IMG/VR virus record: IMGVR_UViG_3300010885_011343
Location: 29,879 to 93,878 of that record
DNA: 64,000 nt
Source: a virus
Strand: one strand, 5' to 3'
In this document: positions 31,061 through 40,359 of the stretch, in pieces
How positions within the stretch are numbered: position 1 is the first letter of the stretch
Layout of the letters: every line of letters starts with the position of its first letter
The notes under the pieces: model-generated
Databases searched by the model: none
What the model was told of the DNA's origin: nothing
What the model saw: the letters and a program-made list of their open reading frames with translations, nothing else
Translations under genes and position numbers: made by a program

Positions 31061-32110
31061 ATGAGATATAGGATTTTTTATATTGATTGGTTAAACAATT
31101 CTGGTACTAAATCTTGGATAGACTTAACTCGTAGGTTTCCTAGTGTAACCCGTATAAGTCCCAAAGACACAATAGCAGAGACCTTAAGGTATTGTGCCGA
31201 GAATTCAGACACTGCTTATTTTTGGGTTGCTTCCAGTCTAGTAGACTACAAAAACTTTCATTTCAAGGATTACGGAGAATATGGCTTTGAACCGTATTTG
31301 CAAGTATTCAATTCTAGCACGTGGTTTGGTAGTAAAGAATACTTTAGACATTTGGACGGAGATTTAAAGTATGTTGAAGCATTTCCAAATTTACACTTTG
31401 TTAAAGACTCTACTTTAAAAGCCTCTGATGGATTGCTGGACATTGTCTACATAAGCAATGGCGAGCCGCTGGCAGAAAACCACTACCAGCACTTGCAAGA
31501 AACAGTAAAAACAGGCAATATGATACGTAGAATTGACGGAATCAATGGCCGCACGGCAGCATATCAAGCAGCCGCTCGTGCTAGTACTACCGCCTGGTTT
31601 TTTGCGGTATTTGCAAAAATAGAAGTAGATCCGAACTTTGATTGGACCTGGCAACCAAAACAGGAACCTTGGCACACTATTTTTTATGCTAAGAACCCAG
31701 TCAATGGATTGACCTATGGGCATATGGCTGTGGTGGCCTATAACAAATATCAAACTTTGGTCACAGACAAAACTGGATTAGATTTTGTAATGACTAAACC
31801 ACACGAAATAGTTCCAACAATCAGCGGCACTGCACACTACAATCAGGACCCGTGGACCACGTGGCGTACAGCATTTAGAGAAGCAATTAAACTGAAACAA
31901 AGCAATAGCGACGAGTCTCGCACTAGATTAAAGGCGTGGACTGATAAAGGAACGGGTAAATTTGCTACCTGGAGTAACAGGGGTGCTCGTGATGGTGCAA
32001 AGTACTACGACGAAGTCAACGGGGAACAAAGCCAACTGCTTCTTAGCTATGACTGGGCGTGGTTGAACGATCGGTACCAGTCTTTATACAGTCAATTACC
32101 GCCTCAGTGA
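31061..32110 (+). CDS. Glycosyltransferase-like protein, paralog of 28166..29059
   Basis: The C-terminal part aligns by eye with 28166..29059 (RIDGINGRTAAYQAAA, NPVNGLTYG, TWRTAFREAIKL). Confidence 0.55.
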   Translation: MRYRIFYIDWLNNSGTKSWIDLTRRFPSVTRISPKDTIAETLRYCAENSDTAYFWVASSLVDYKNFHFKDYGEYGFEPYLQVFNSSTWFGSKEYFRHLDGDLKYVEAFPNLHFVKDSTLKASDGLLDIVYISNGEPLAENHYQHLQETVKTGNMIRRIDGINGRTAAYQAAARASTTAWFFAVFAKIEVDPNFDWTWQPKQEPWHTIFYAKNPVNGLTYGHMAVVAYNKYQTLVTDKTGLDFVMTKPHEIVPTISGTAHYNQDPWTTWRTAFREAIKLKQSNSDESRTRLKAWTDKGTGKFATWSNRGARDGAKYYDEVNGEQSQLLLSYDWAWLNDRYQSLYSQLPPQ

Positions 32111-33251
32111 TATATTCAACTTCGTTGTCGGTTAATTCTGGATATATCGGTAAACTTAATTCTGTTCTACAAAAAGATTCCCCATATGGGTATGCGCCCA
32201 ATTGGCTTAAGAATTGTGTGTGCGGGTTGCAGGGCAGTTCGTTGAGCGGTGTTGAATAATGTATTTTGGTATCAATGCCGCGGTGTTCTAAGTTGCTTTT
32301 AACTTGGTTTCTAACTGGCAAAAATACTTGGTCACGGTGGGTTCTATTAAAAGCAAAAGAATCATCGATCCAAATTGGAAATTTATGCCAGGCGTGTTCT
32401 ATATCATTGCTGGTCTCCGTCACTCGTACGTGGGGCCGTAGGCGTTCACAGTAATATTCGGCAATTTGTTGTCGACGTTGTTGCCAAGTGTCAAAGTACT
32501 TTAATTTAACAAGCATCTGAGCGCAGTCTGACTCACTCATTTTACTATTAGTTCCGGTACTGATATGACCGTCGTCTTTACCATTGTCTCTTAAGTTGCG
32601 TACAGATTCTGCAATTTTCCAGTCGTCTGTAAGCAACATACCACCAGATCCATAGTTGGGTAAATTTTTAGTAGGATCAAAACTAAGAACACTAACATCG
32701 CCTAGCTTACCAGATGGGGTATCTTTGTAATAAGCGCCAAAACTTTGTGCGGCATCTTCGATGACAAATAGTTCATCATTGTTAAAGAACTCGTTGATAA
32801 GGCGCATACGATCAAAGTCAACTATGTTACCAAATAAGTTAACATACATCAACCCGCCAATTTTGTGTGTCCTAGGATGAAACGTTAATGTTTCTAAATC
32901 TATTAGACCGTGTTTGTCAACGTCACAGTAAACAGGATCATTGTTGGCCATAAGCACACTATTAGTAGTGGCAGCAAAACTAACAGTAGGAATAATAATC
33001 CTATCCTCTTTTAAGTCTGCGGCTATCTGTGCAAAGATTAATGCTTGGGTGCAACTATTAACAGCAAATGCATAGTCCCTGTGGCACCTTGCGGCCATTA
33101 GTGTTTCAAATAGTTTAGTCTTTTCGCCATCGAGTACTTGGCCGCTGGCGTAAACCTCATCGGCAGAATTGAGAAGTTCTTCTCGTAAATTTTCGTACTG
33201 TCTTTTCAGACCAAAGAACGGAACTTTCACTTTGCAATTTTTTGTTGCCAA
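32043..33251 (-). CDS. DegT/DnrJ/EryC1/StrS PLP-dependent sugar aminotransferase
   Basis: VNSCTQAL, IEDAAQSFGA, SFDPTKNL (PLP lysine), GGMLLTDD and LSLPIYPEL. Confidence 0.92.
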   Translation of the reverse strand: MATKNCKVKVPFFGLKRQYENLREELLNSADEVYASGQVLDGEKTKLFETLMAARCHRDYAFAVNSCTQALIFAQIAADLKEDRIIIPTVSFAATTNSVLMANNDPVYCDVDKHGLIDLETLTFHPRTHKIGGLMYVNLFGNIVDFDRMRLINEFFNNDELFVIEDAAQSFGAYYKDTPSGKLGDVSVLSFDPTKNLPNYGSGGMLLTDDWKIAESVRNLRDNGKDDGHISTGTNSKMSESDCAQMLVKLKYFDTWQQRRQQIAEYYCERLRPHVRVTETSNDIEHAWHKFPIWIDDSFAFNRTHRDQVFLPVRNQVKSNLEHRGIDTKIHYSTPLNELPCNPHTQFLSQLGAYPYGESFCRTELSLPIYPELTDNEVEYITEAVIDCIKTGTDRSTTPSHS

Positions 33252-34204
33252 TACGGGCTAGTGCTCAGCCAATCGTAGTAGTGTTGAAACCCTTCTTCTA
33301 CATCTACTTTGGGTGAGAATCCAAAGTCATTGCGAGCGGCATCGATGTTTAAAGCGCCACGGCTAGGAAAGTCTGCATCTTTATCTCGCACATTGATATT
33401 GCCCTGGCCTACAACTTTAACAGCAAGCTCGGCAGCTTCAAGTAGTGTTCTGCTATGCGACTTGGTGATGTTATAAGTCTTATTTTCTGTGTTATCACTG
33501 AGTGCGGCTGCTACAATACCATCGGCAGCATCATCAACATAGGTAAAGTCCAGTGTTTCATTGGCACCATTTACGTTTAACGTGCCGCCTCGCATTGCGG
33601 TAAGCATAAACTTAGCAATAACTCTATCCTCTACATCCAACGGTCCATACACAGCACTGGGACGAATAATAGTGTAAGCAAGATTATCTCGGCGTGCATA
33701 GTCTTTAACCAGCCATTCACCAGCTAGCTTCATAATGCCATATTGACCTTGTGGGTTGCACACTGCATCTTCTGTAACATCGTCAGTGAAGTCTCCGTAG
33801 ACCATTGAGCTACTGATGTAGATAAACTTTCTTGTTTCGTATTTCTTTGACGATTCTAACAGGTTAATCAACCCTTCGCTCATAACACGACTACCCCAGG
33901 CTGGATTAGCATTGACAACTTTTTGTCTAGGGAAGCTGGCCATATGAATAACAATTTCAGGCTCGTGCAGTGCAAACGCCCAGTCTACGTTAGCAGCCAG
34001 TGATATATCAATAGGATATACCCACGGGTTGGACATATCAATTTTCTTTGTACGCTCTACCATAAGGTAGTTGAGTTCTTCCTGATCAACAATACCATAG
34101 TTAGTGCGTATATCTAGGATAGATACTTCGTGTCCTAGTTGTTGTAGGCGTGATACAACATTATGCCCTATTAGGCCCATTCCGCCAGTTACTAAAATTT
34201 TCAT
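33227..34204 (-). CDS. NAD-dependent nucleotide-sugar epimerase/dehydratase (extended SDR)
   Basis: ILVTGGMGLIG, SSSMVYG, YGIMK (YxxxK) and DFTYVDD. Confidence 0.9.
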   Translation of the reverse strand: MKILVTGGMGLIGHNVVSRLQQLGHEVSILDIRTNYGIVDQEELNYLMVERTKKIDMSNPWVYPIDISLAANVDWAFALHEPEIVIHMASFPRQKVVNANPAWGSRVMSEGLINLLESSKKYETRKFIYISSSMVYGDFTDDVTEDAVCNPQGQYGIMKLAGEWLVKDYARRDNLAYTIIRPSAVYGPLDVEDRVIAKFMLTAMRGGTLNVNGANETLDFTYVDDAADGIVAAALSDNTENKTYNITKSHSRTLLEAAELAVKVVGQGNINVRDKDADFPSRGALNIDAARNDFGFSPKVDVEEGFQHYYDWLSTSPYWQQKIAK

Positions 34205-35127
34205 ACAGCCATCTCTGCTTTAATTGCATCGTGCGACACATAGTTTTCTAATTTAATATCATCCATTGTGAACTTGGTGATATCTCTAATCTCGGGATTC
34301 AGCCACAGCGTTGGTAACGCATATGGTGTACGTGCTAACTGCTCTTTAACTTGTTCTACGTGATTTGAGTAGATGTGTGCATCGCCTAGCACGTGAACAA
34401 ACTCTCCAACGTCTAAATCGCACACTTGAGCAATCATTGATGTCAGCAATGAATAGCTGGCAACATTGAACGGTACACCCAGGAACATATCACAACTGCG
34501 TTGATACATTTGGCAACTTAATCTATTACGACCATTGGGTACTTTTTGCACATAAAACTGAGCAAGAACGTGACAAGGTGGCAAAGCCATATCTTGTAGT
34601 TCAATGGCATTCCAGGCAGACAATATATGCCTACGTCCGTGCGGATCTCGTTTGATGCCTTCAACAAGATTCTTTAGCTGATCAATTTCTACTTTTTGTA
34701 TGCCGCCTTGGACACTGTAGTAATTGCCAAACTCATCTTTAATGCTACCTGATTTAACTTCCTTAATGCCGCGCCAGTTGCGCCACTGTACACCGTAAAT
34801 GCGACCCAGGTCACCTTTAAATTTTGACTTAGGTACCCAGTAAGGCGCTGTGGCATTGTCGGACCAGATGGTTGTCTTTTCAGACTGTCTGCTACCATAT
34901 AAAATCTCTCGCAGACGATTTTCGTCCCCCGACCCTTCAATAAACCACAGCAATTCTGATACAACACTACGCCAGGCCAGCTTCTTTGTAGTAACTGCCG
35001 GGAATCCTTCTTGCAGGTTGTATCTTTGTTGCATTCCAAAATAACTAATGGTACCAACACCAGTCCTATCGTCTGTTGTGGTACCATTCTGTAATACGTA
35101 ATTTAGTGCTTCTAAGTATTGATTCAT
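34201..35127 (-). CDS. thyA: Thymidylate synthase
   Basis: DRTGVGT, ELLWF, MALPPCH, YQRSCDMFLGVPFN and GDAHIYSNH. Confidence 0.97.
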   Translation of the reverse strand: MNQYLEALNYVLQNGTTTDDRTGVGTISYFGMQQRYNLQEGFPAVTTKKLAWRSVVSELLWFIEGSGDENRLREILYGSRQSEKTTIWSDNATAPYWVPKSKFKGDLGRIYGVQWRNWRGIKEVKSGSIKDEFGNYYSVQGGIQKVEIDQLKNLVEGIKRDPHGRRHILSAWNAIELQDMALPPCHVLAQFYVQKVPNGRNRLSCQMYQRSCDMFLGVPFNVASYSLLTSMIAQVCDLDVGEFVHVLGDAHIYSNHVEQVKEQLARTPYALPTLWLNPEIRDITKFTMDDIKLENYVSHDAIKAEMAV

Positions 35128-35144
35128 TTAATGCTAACCTATAA

Positions 35145-35486
35145 TTATAGGTCCTTAAGAAAGTTATCAGTAATTGGTTGAACCAGTTTGGCAACATCAT
35201 CGATGTTGACATAAAAGTCAACATCATTGATGATGTGGTCCAGTGCAGTTAGTTTTTGTTCTAACATTTGCTCTATGTCATCCGGGCTATAGCCCTCGGC
35301 TAATAGTTCTTTTATGCTAATGTCAACTGCGGTGCCATCGAAAAGATTAACAGTAATAGATTCTAGCACCGTTACCGGAACTTCGCGTTTTTCAACGTCT
35401 TTTAAAATCTTTTCCCACTTTTCTCTAGCAGTGACATTAAGCCGCTTTAACTTTGACCGCTTTTTTCTTTGTGGTTTTTCCGACAT
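35145..35486 (-). CDS. Hypothetical protein
   Basis: 113-aa ORF in the operon. Confidence 0.55.
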   Translation of the reverse strand: MSEKPQRKKRSKLKRLNVTAREKWEKILKDVEKREVPVTVLESITVNLFDGTAVDISIKELLAEGYSPDDIEQMLEQKLTALDHIINDVDFYVNIDDVAKLVQPITDNFLKDL

Positions 35487-36117
35487 TTGTTGTAGTTGTA
35501 GTTGGATCTAGGCTTGCGGCCTCAGACATAAGACGCTCTGCCTCTGCTAACATTGTAGCGGCATTCTTCTTCATCATTTCTGCTTGGGCAACACGACTAC
35601 GTGCAATATCGGAATCGCTTAACACACCATTGGCTGATGCTTGTGGCATAGCGGCTGGCTGAGTTCTGCTACTTGGAGGAACACCCACTTCTTGTTGTTC
35701 AACTTTGCGCTTCTTACCAGTTAAACCTTTGTTAGCATCTAACTCGGCAAGTCGCTTAATGGCTTCGTCACCTTTTTTCATTTCATTTAAGATGCTGTTC
35801 AATTCGTCCAAGCGCACAGTGGCAGACGGAGTAGGAGTCATAATAATTTGATTATTAGCCACCTTCTTGATTAAACCGTTCTTGTGCAATGCTTCCAGGC
35901 AGTTAATACCGTCGGGCATCATATTTCTAAACAATGCATCTGCAAAACTATCGGCCTGTTGTCCAACTGGGCTTTCTAGCACTGTCATAACTGAATCGTG
36001 ATAGATTCTAGGCAGCAAATCACTGTAGACTAATAGTGTCATATGATCTTCGCCCGGTACTTCTCTATATAATACGACTACTTTCTTTTCGCCGTGTCTA
36101 CCAATATGTTTTAACAT
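35437..36117 (-). CDS. Hypothetical protein with coiled-coil C-terminus
   Basis: 226 aa (MLKHIGRH...) with an AAGGAG Shine-Dalgarno upstream. Confidence 0.6.
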   Translation of the reverse strand: MLKHIGRHGEKKVVVLYREVPGEDHMTLLVYSDLLPRIYHDSVMTVLESPVGQQADSFADALFRNMMPDGINCLEALHKNGLIKKVANNQIIMTPTPSATVRLDELNSILNEMKKGDEAIKRLAELDANKGLTGKKRKVEQQEVGVPPSSRTQPAAMPQASANGVLSDSDIARSRVAQAEMMKKNAATMLAEAERLMSEAASLDPTTTTTNVGKTTKKKAVKVKAA

Positions 36118-36119
36118 AA

Positions 36120-36359
36120 TTACTCCTTGGGGGGTTCGGTTGGTGTTTCTTCTTCGCCGGGCATTTTAACTGCACCAGTTGAAACTAAAAATGCGTACAG
36201 GCGATCATACAGGCCGCCCACTGAACTCATTTCGTCTGCTCTAAATGCACCACGTGTGGCGCAGGTTCTTACTACTTGGAGCACATTGACTAAGTCAGCA
36301 ATATTTAAATTTGGGTTTTTTTGCTCTTCGGTTGAAGAGGTTGTGTTATCATCACTCAT
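36120..36359 (-). CDS. Hypothetical protein
   Basis: 79 aa with an RGAFRADEM..VG.LY motif and a GGAG Shine-Dalgarno. Confidence 0.6.
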   Translation of the reverse strand: MSDDNTTSSTEEQKNPNLNIADLVNVLQVVRTCATRGAFRADEMSSVGGLYDRLYAFLVSTGAVKMPGEEETPTEPPKE

Positions 36360-36364
36360 TGAAA

Positions 36365-36399
36365 ATCTCCGTTAAATCGTTAAAGTATTTAACGGAGAT
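36365..36399 (-). promoter_or_regulatory. RBS-sequestering 13-bp hairpin containing a TAAATA late-promoter motif
   Basis: ATCTCCGTTAAAT (36365-77) pairs with ATTTAACGGAGAT (36387-99). On the - strand the SD lies in the 3' arm and TAAATA is at 36391-36386. Confidence 0.7.
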
Positions 36400-36422
36400 A
36401 TAGTATCAGATAATTTTTTTTC

Positions 36423-36722
36423 TTACCAGTCGTAGCTGGTTACATTGATATTCGGAAGAAACAATCCAAAATAGCTAGCTTCTTCGTGCCGTTCAAAAGC
36501 GGCAACCTTGTGCATAGTTAAGCTAGATCCGGGAGATTCTGGGTTGGGTAAAAAGACATCACCTATGTAAAATCTACCTGAAAGATGTTCGTGTACCCAA
36601 TCCGAAATACTCTTGACGTTGGTACGCAGATCAAATGTAACCTGTATAAAATGCGGCGGACAATATTCCATCTGCCTTAGGCCAAAGACAGACAACGGAT
36701 TAACCTCACCGTATTTTAGCAT
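36423..36722 (-). CDS. Hypothetical protein
   Basis: 99-aa ORF in the operon. Confidence 0.55.
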   Translation of the reverse strand: MLKYGEVNPLSVFGLRQMEYCPPHFIQVTFDLRTNVKSISDWVHEHLSGRFYIGDVFLPNPESPGSSLTMHKVAAFERHEEASYFGLFLPNINVTSYDW

Positions 36723-36728
36723 AACATC

Positions 36729-36983
36729 TTACTCGTAGATTCTAATATTGAGTTCTTGATTTTCACCAATTGCAGGAACTACAACACGGCTCTTAAGTTG
36801 TTCTTCTGCGGCTTCTCGGAAGCTGGTCACCAGGTGAAACTGCTTGGTGATTTCCGCAATCTCTACCGAGCGTGACAAGTCATCAAGAGCTTGTTCTCGG
36901 GCCAAAAGGCGCACTTGAAGATCATCGATGATTTTACGAGCTTCGGTGATTTTTTTAACTTCTTTGGGATTGATTGGTTCCAT
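36729..36983 (-). CDS. Hypothetical protein
   Basis: Coiled-coil-like; start taken at MEPINP. Confidence 0.5.
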   Translation of the reverse strand: MEPINPKEVKKITEARKIIDDLQVRLLAREQALDDLSRSVEIAEITKQFHLVTSFREAAEEQLKSRVVVPAIGENQELNIRIYE

Positions 36984-36985
36984 AA

Positions 36986-37270
36986 TTAAATCCATTTTAA
37001 ACAAAACAATGATAGTGCTTGATCATCTATTAGGTAGATAAAACAAGGTCCATCTAAGGAGTTTCCAGTAACGTGCCAAGCCCATTGCGAATTGAAATGA
37101 TAGGCCACCTGTGAATCTCGCTCACAGCCCGCCCCCCAAGTTTCCCAACACCAAGTACGGATCTTATTGAACTCTTCAATCCTGTATTGTTGGTGTCCTG
37201 CAATTTCTGCACGATGTTTAAAGTGCTGGTGTCCTGCAAAACGTTTATCTAAGCCTTGCAAGAAAATCAT
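36986..37270 (-). CDS. Hypothetical protein
   Basis: 94 aa with an RTWCWETWG motif; ATGA overlap with the upstream gene. Confidence 0.55.
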   Translation of the reverse strand: MIFLQGLDKRFAGHQHFKHRAEIAGHQQYRIEEFNKIRTWCWETWGAGCERDSQVAYHFNSQWAWHVTGNSLDGPCFIYLIDDQALSLFCLKWI

Positions 37271-38553
37271 TTCTTGCCCTTGGCAGCTTCTTCATAATGG
37301 GCCCAAATGCCAAACTCGGGCGTAGCTTCTGGGTTGCTTTTGATAACCCAAACGGTATCGCAGTAGTCTTGCACTTGCTCTGGGCTCCAACCAAAGAAGC
37401 AAAAGTCTGTAAACATAATCAACTTCTTGGGCTCAATGTCGTTTTCTTTAAGGTATTCCCAAACGCAATGAGGGTCAGTACCGCCGCCGCCACCGGGCTC
37501 GTAACTAGTAATATCCTCTGCAGAGTCCGGGCTGTAGTCTGCAGGATTGTAGACTTCAGTGTCCCAAGTAATAATATGCACCTTGTAGTCATCATACATA
37601 TCCATAATACCTTTGACCTCGCTTAGGAACAGCTTAAGGTCATCGTTGCTAATGGAGCCTGAAGTGTCAATGGCCACGCAAATATCGATGGTCTGTGCAT
37701 TCTTCATTCCAGGCAAGATAGCATCCATATGCCAGCCTCGACGGCTAGGACGGGTCCAGCTATAGTCGTTCTTAATAATGCTTTGGATCTGTTGTTGCAA
37801 CAGCTCTCTCCAATTAACCACAGGAGCTGTCAAATCCTTGATCATTCTTTTAATGTTGCCAGGCACGTTGCCTGCACCTGCGGCCTCGGCTGCCGCTAAT
37901 ACAGCTTCTTTAATCTCGTCTCGGATAGCTTTCTTTTCTTCTTTGCTCAAACGTGGTCGGCCATTGTTGCCTTCTTTGTTGCCATTGCCATCGTTGTCGC
38001 CATCGTCGTCACCTTCTTCATCGCCATCAAGGTGCTCGTCGAGCACTTGCTCCAAAAGCTTCTGGACGTCAATTTTACTTGCGTTCTTGTACAGGTCGTC
38101 GTAGACTTCCTCGGCACTCCAACCTTGGTACTTGTTATTGTACAGGATTGGCACTTTGGTAATCTTGTCACCAATCTTGTGCTCAATTAAGTCTGCGTTG
38201 ACACAATAGTCGTCGGCAATGTTCCACAGGCGGGGCTCACGGTCGCCTCGACGTCCCATATGGTCATAGACCACGTGCAGGACTTCGTGTCCAAACAAGA
38301 ACTCGCACTCTTTAAGACTTAGGCGGTTAATGAATTCGCTATTGTAAAAGAAGTGACGGCCTTCTGTAGCCGCAGTAGGGCACCAGGCGTCGGCGTTTTG
38401 TATAATAAGGCGGGTGGCCAAGTTACCAAAGAAAGGAGCCTTGAGCAAGAGTCCAACACGAGCGGTGATCAATTTTTCTCGTGCCGCGATGTCCACGCGA
38501 GGATTTGTTACTGTGACAACTTTGCTTTTTTCTGATAAAGTACTATCGCTCAT
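37267..38553 (-). CDS. vWA-domain putative metallopeptidase (DUF2201-like)
   Basis: HEVLHV (HExxH), an acidic linker, MIDAS motif DTSGS, GGGGT and FTD. Confidence 0.85.
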   Translation of the reverse strand: MSDSTLSEKSKVVTVTNPRVDIAAREKLITARVGLLLKAPFFGNLATRLIIQNADAWCPTAATEGRHFFYNSEFINRLSLKECEFLFGHEVLHVVYDHMGRRGDREPRLWNIADDYCVNADLIEHKIGDKITKVPILYNNKYQGWSAEEVYDDLYKNASKIDVQKLLEQVLDEHLDGDEEGDDDGDNDGNGNKEGNNGRPRLSKEEKKAIRDEIKEAVLAAAEAAGAGNVPGNIKRMIKDLTAPVVNWRELLQQQIQSIIKNDYSWTRPSRRGWHMDAILPGMKNAQTIDICVAIDTSGSISNDDLKLFLSEVKGIMDMYDDYKVHIITWDTEVYNPADYSPDSAEDITSYEPGGGGGTDPHCVWEYLKENDIEPKKLIMFTDFCFFGWSPEQVQDYCDTVWVIKSNPEATPEFGIWAHYEEAAKGKK

Positions 38554-38576
38554 ATCTGCTCCTTAGTAATGTATAT

Positions 38577-38618
38577 ATTATAGCATAAAAAAATAACCCG
38601 GACAAGAGCCGGGCTATT
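38577..38618 (-). promoter_or_regulatory. sigma70 promoter overlapping an intrinsic terminator
   Basis: TTGTCC-17-TATAAT with a TGn extension. The hairpin AAUAGCCCGG/CCGGGUUAUU plus U-run has a G-U pair that fits the - strand. Confidence 0.75.
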
Positions 38619-38622
38619 CATT

Positions 38623-39750
38623 TTACTTGGCACTTGCGGCTACGATGTACTTACCAAAACGCTGATGGAACTCGTTAAAGTTCTTGAGCTTGCCTGGCAC
38701 AAAGGGCAGGTTGTAAGTAGTCAACGCAACACGGATACCCATTACCACAAGCTCTGTGGTAAAATTGTCCATAACGTAGCGCAGGAAGTTGTCGCTTTGG
38801 GTGTACCAGTCTGACAGACCTTTGGTGTCCTTGCCATCCTTGGCAACCTTGGTGTAGTTGTCTTGGAGCTCGTAGCACAGGCTAATAGTCAAAGAGTACA
38901 TAGCAGAGATCTCTTTAGTCTTAAGATCTTTAACTTTGCCTGACAGGATGTCTGTAGGGTTGGGCATATTGCCCGACACTTTGCGGTGAGCCATAAACTT
39001 AACAGCAAGGCCTTCACCAATGGTACCTGCAATAAGGTCCATATTAGTAGAGTCGTCGCCATCTTCCAACAGCTCAGACACAAAGGTCCAAGAGCGCGGT
39101 GTGGCAAAACTACGACCCGAGCTACGGGGGTCAAAGTCGTACAGGTCCTGCTTGGCAAAGCTAATGTAACCTACCACGTCTTTGTGGATACGGTTCTTAA
39201 CTGCCCAGGTCTGCCAGGCTTCAAAGTCCGAACGCATTTCCAAGTGGATAAAGCGGTTAGCCAGTGGGCTGGGCATACGATAAGAAATACCCTTGTCGCT
39301 TTCTCTGTTACCTGCGGCAACGACAACAACGTTGTCTGGAAGTGTGTATTTTCCAACACGACGATTCAAAATAAGTTGATAGGCACTGCCTTGCACTGCC
39401 GGTGCGGCCTGGTTCATCTCGTCCAGGAACAAGACAATAATAGGATACTGCTCAGACATTTCTGCGTCGGGCAGTTCAATTGGAGGAGCCCAATCCATTT
39501 TGCCGTTGTCTTTATTGTAGAATGGGATGCCACGTAAATCTGTGGGTTCCATCTGACCTAAGCGTAGATCGATTGTAATGCCGCCTAGCTCTTCTGCAAT
39601 TTCTGCAACAAGTTCGGACTTGCCAATGCCGGGAGGACCCCAGAGGAATAAGGGGCGTTGCTTTTTAAACGCACGAAGAATTGAACGACGGGCCTCAACA
39701 GAGGTTACTGTACGGGCTTCACTAACACTTGCACTTGCTGTCTTTGCCAT
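38623..39750 (-). CDS. MoxR-type AAA+ ATPase
   Basis: Walker A GPPGIGKS, Walker B LFLDEMN, AAGN, PLANRF and TPRSW. Confidence 0.9.
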   Translation of the reverse strand: MAKTASASVSEARTVTSVEARRSILRAFKKQRPLFLWGPPGIGKSELVAEIAEELGGITIDLRLGQMEPTDLRGIPFYNKDNGKMDWAPPIELPDAEMSEQYPIIVLFLDEMNQAAPAVQGSAYQLILNRRVGKYTLPDNVVVVAAGNRESDKGISYRMPSPLANRFIHLEMRSDFEAWQTWAVKNRIHKDVVGYISFAKQDLYDFDPRSSGRSFATPRSWTFVSELLEDGDDSTNMDLIAGTIGEGLAVKFMAHRKVSGNMPNPTDILSGKVKDLKTKEISAMYSLTISLCYELQDNYTKVAKDGKDTKGLSDWYTQSDNFLRYVMDNFTTELVVMGIRVALTTYNLPFVPGKLKNFNEFHQRFGKYIVAASAK

Positions 39751-39779
39751 TGTTGGCTCCTTTGTTAAACAATACTTCT

Positions 39780-39824
39780 ATTATACGAGAAAACAATACC
39801 CCACACAACCGTCGGGGTATTGTT
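39780..39824 (-). promoter_or_regulatory. sigma70 promoter overlapping a terminator hairpin
   Basis: TTGTGT-17-TATAAT. The 11-bp stem AACAATACCCC/GGGGTATTGTT holds the -35 box in its loop. Confidence 0.65.
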
Positions 39825-39831
39825 GTTGCTA

Positions 39832-40353
39832 TTATGCAACGTCTTCTGTCTGTGCGGCCAACGCTTCGTCGAGACGCACAAGGCCACACTTGACCAAGCC
39901 CTCAACATCGTACACCGAGCCGGCGTACCACACACCGTCCTTCATAATATAGTAGTACTCGGCAAAGCACAAGTCTACCTGTTCCAAGAACTCTGCGAAT
40001 GTGTGGGCTACCTTGAACTCCGTGTCAGTCTCGCCGCGATCACGACCGTAGAAAGTAGAGTAGCCTGCTTCCTGTGCCGCTTCGTGCGAAGCTTTGGCTT
40101 CTGCTTCAAGGCGATCGTTTTCTTCGTCGCTTAATTCCGAGCTCCGTACAGTGAACTGGCTAAAGGCGTGCTTCTCACCAATGTTGGGACGCAGGCTGGA
40201 CAGATCGCCAAGTGCTACTAGGTTGTTGGCTTTGGCACTGTTATAGTGCTCTTGCAGAATGGCGCCATTGTACGACAGATAGCCGTCCCAGTGGCAGTAA
40301 ACACTTTTAACAGTGTCGCCGTGCATAACCCCGATGCGTGAACGTGTACCCAT
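39832..40353 (-). CDS. Conserved phage hypothetical protein (YCHWDGY motif)
   Basis: MGTRSRIG...YCHWDGY...EYYYI, with a strong SD and its own promoter. Confidence 0.7.
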   Translation of the reverse strand: MGTRSRIGVMHGDTVKSVYCHWDGYLSYNGAILQEHYNSAKANNLVALGDLSSLRPNIGEKHAFSQFTVRSSELSDEENDRLEAEAKASHEAAQEAGYSTFYGRDRGETDTEFKVAHTFAEFLEQVDLCFAEYYYIMKDGVWYAGSVYDVEGLVKCGLVRLDEALAAQTEDVA

Positions 40354-40359
40354 TTGCTA

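Noticed and set aside
34201-35127. thyA as a dCMP hydroxymethylase supplying hmC for the glycosyltransferase
   Set aside because: It retains the dUMP-specifying Asn in RSCDMFLGVPFN and looks like a canonical ThyA.
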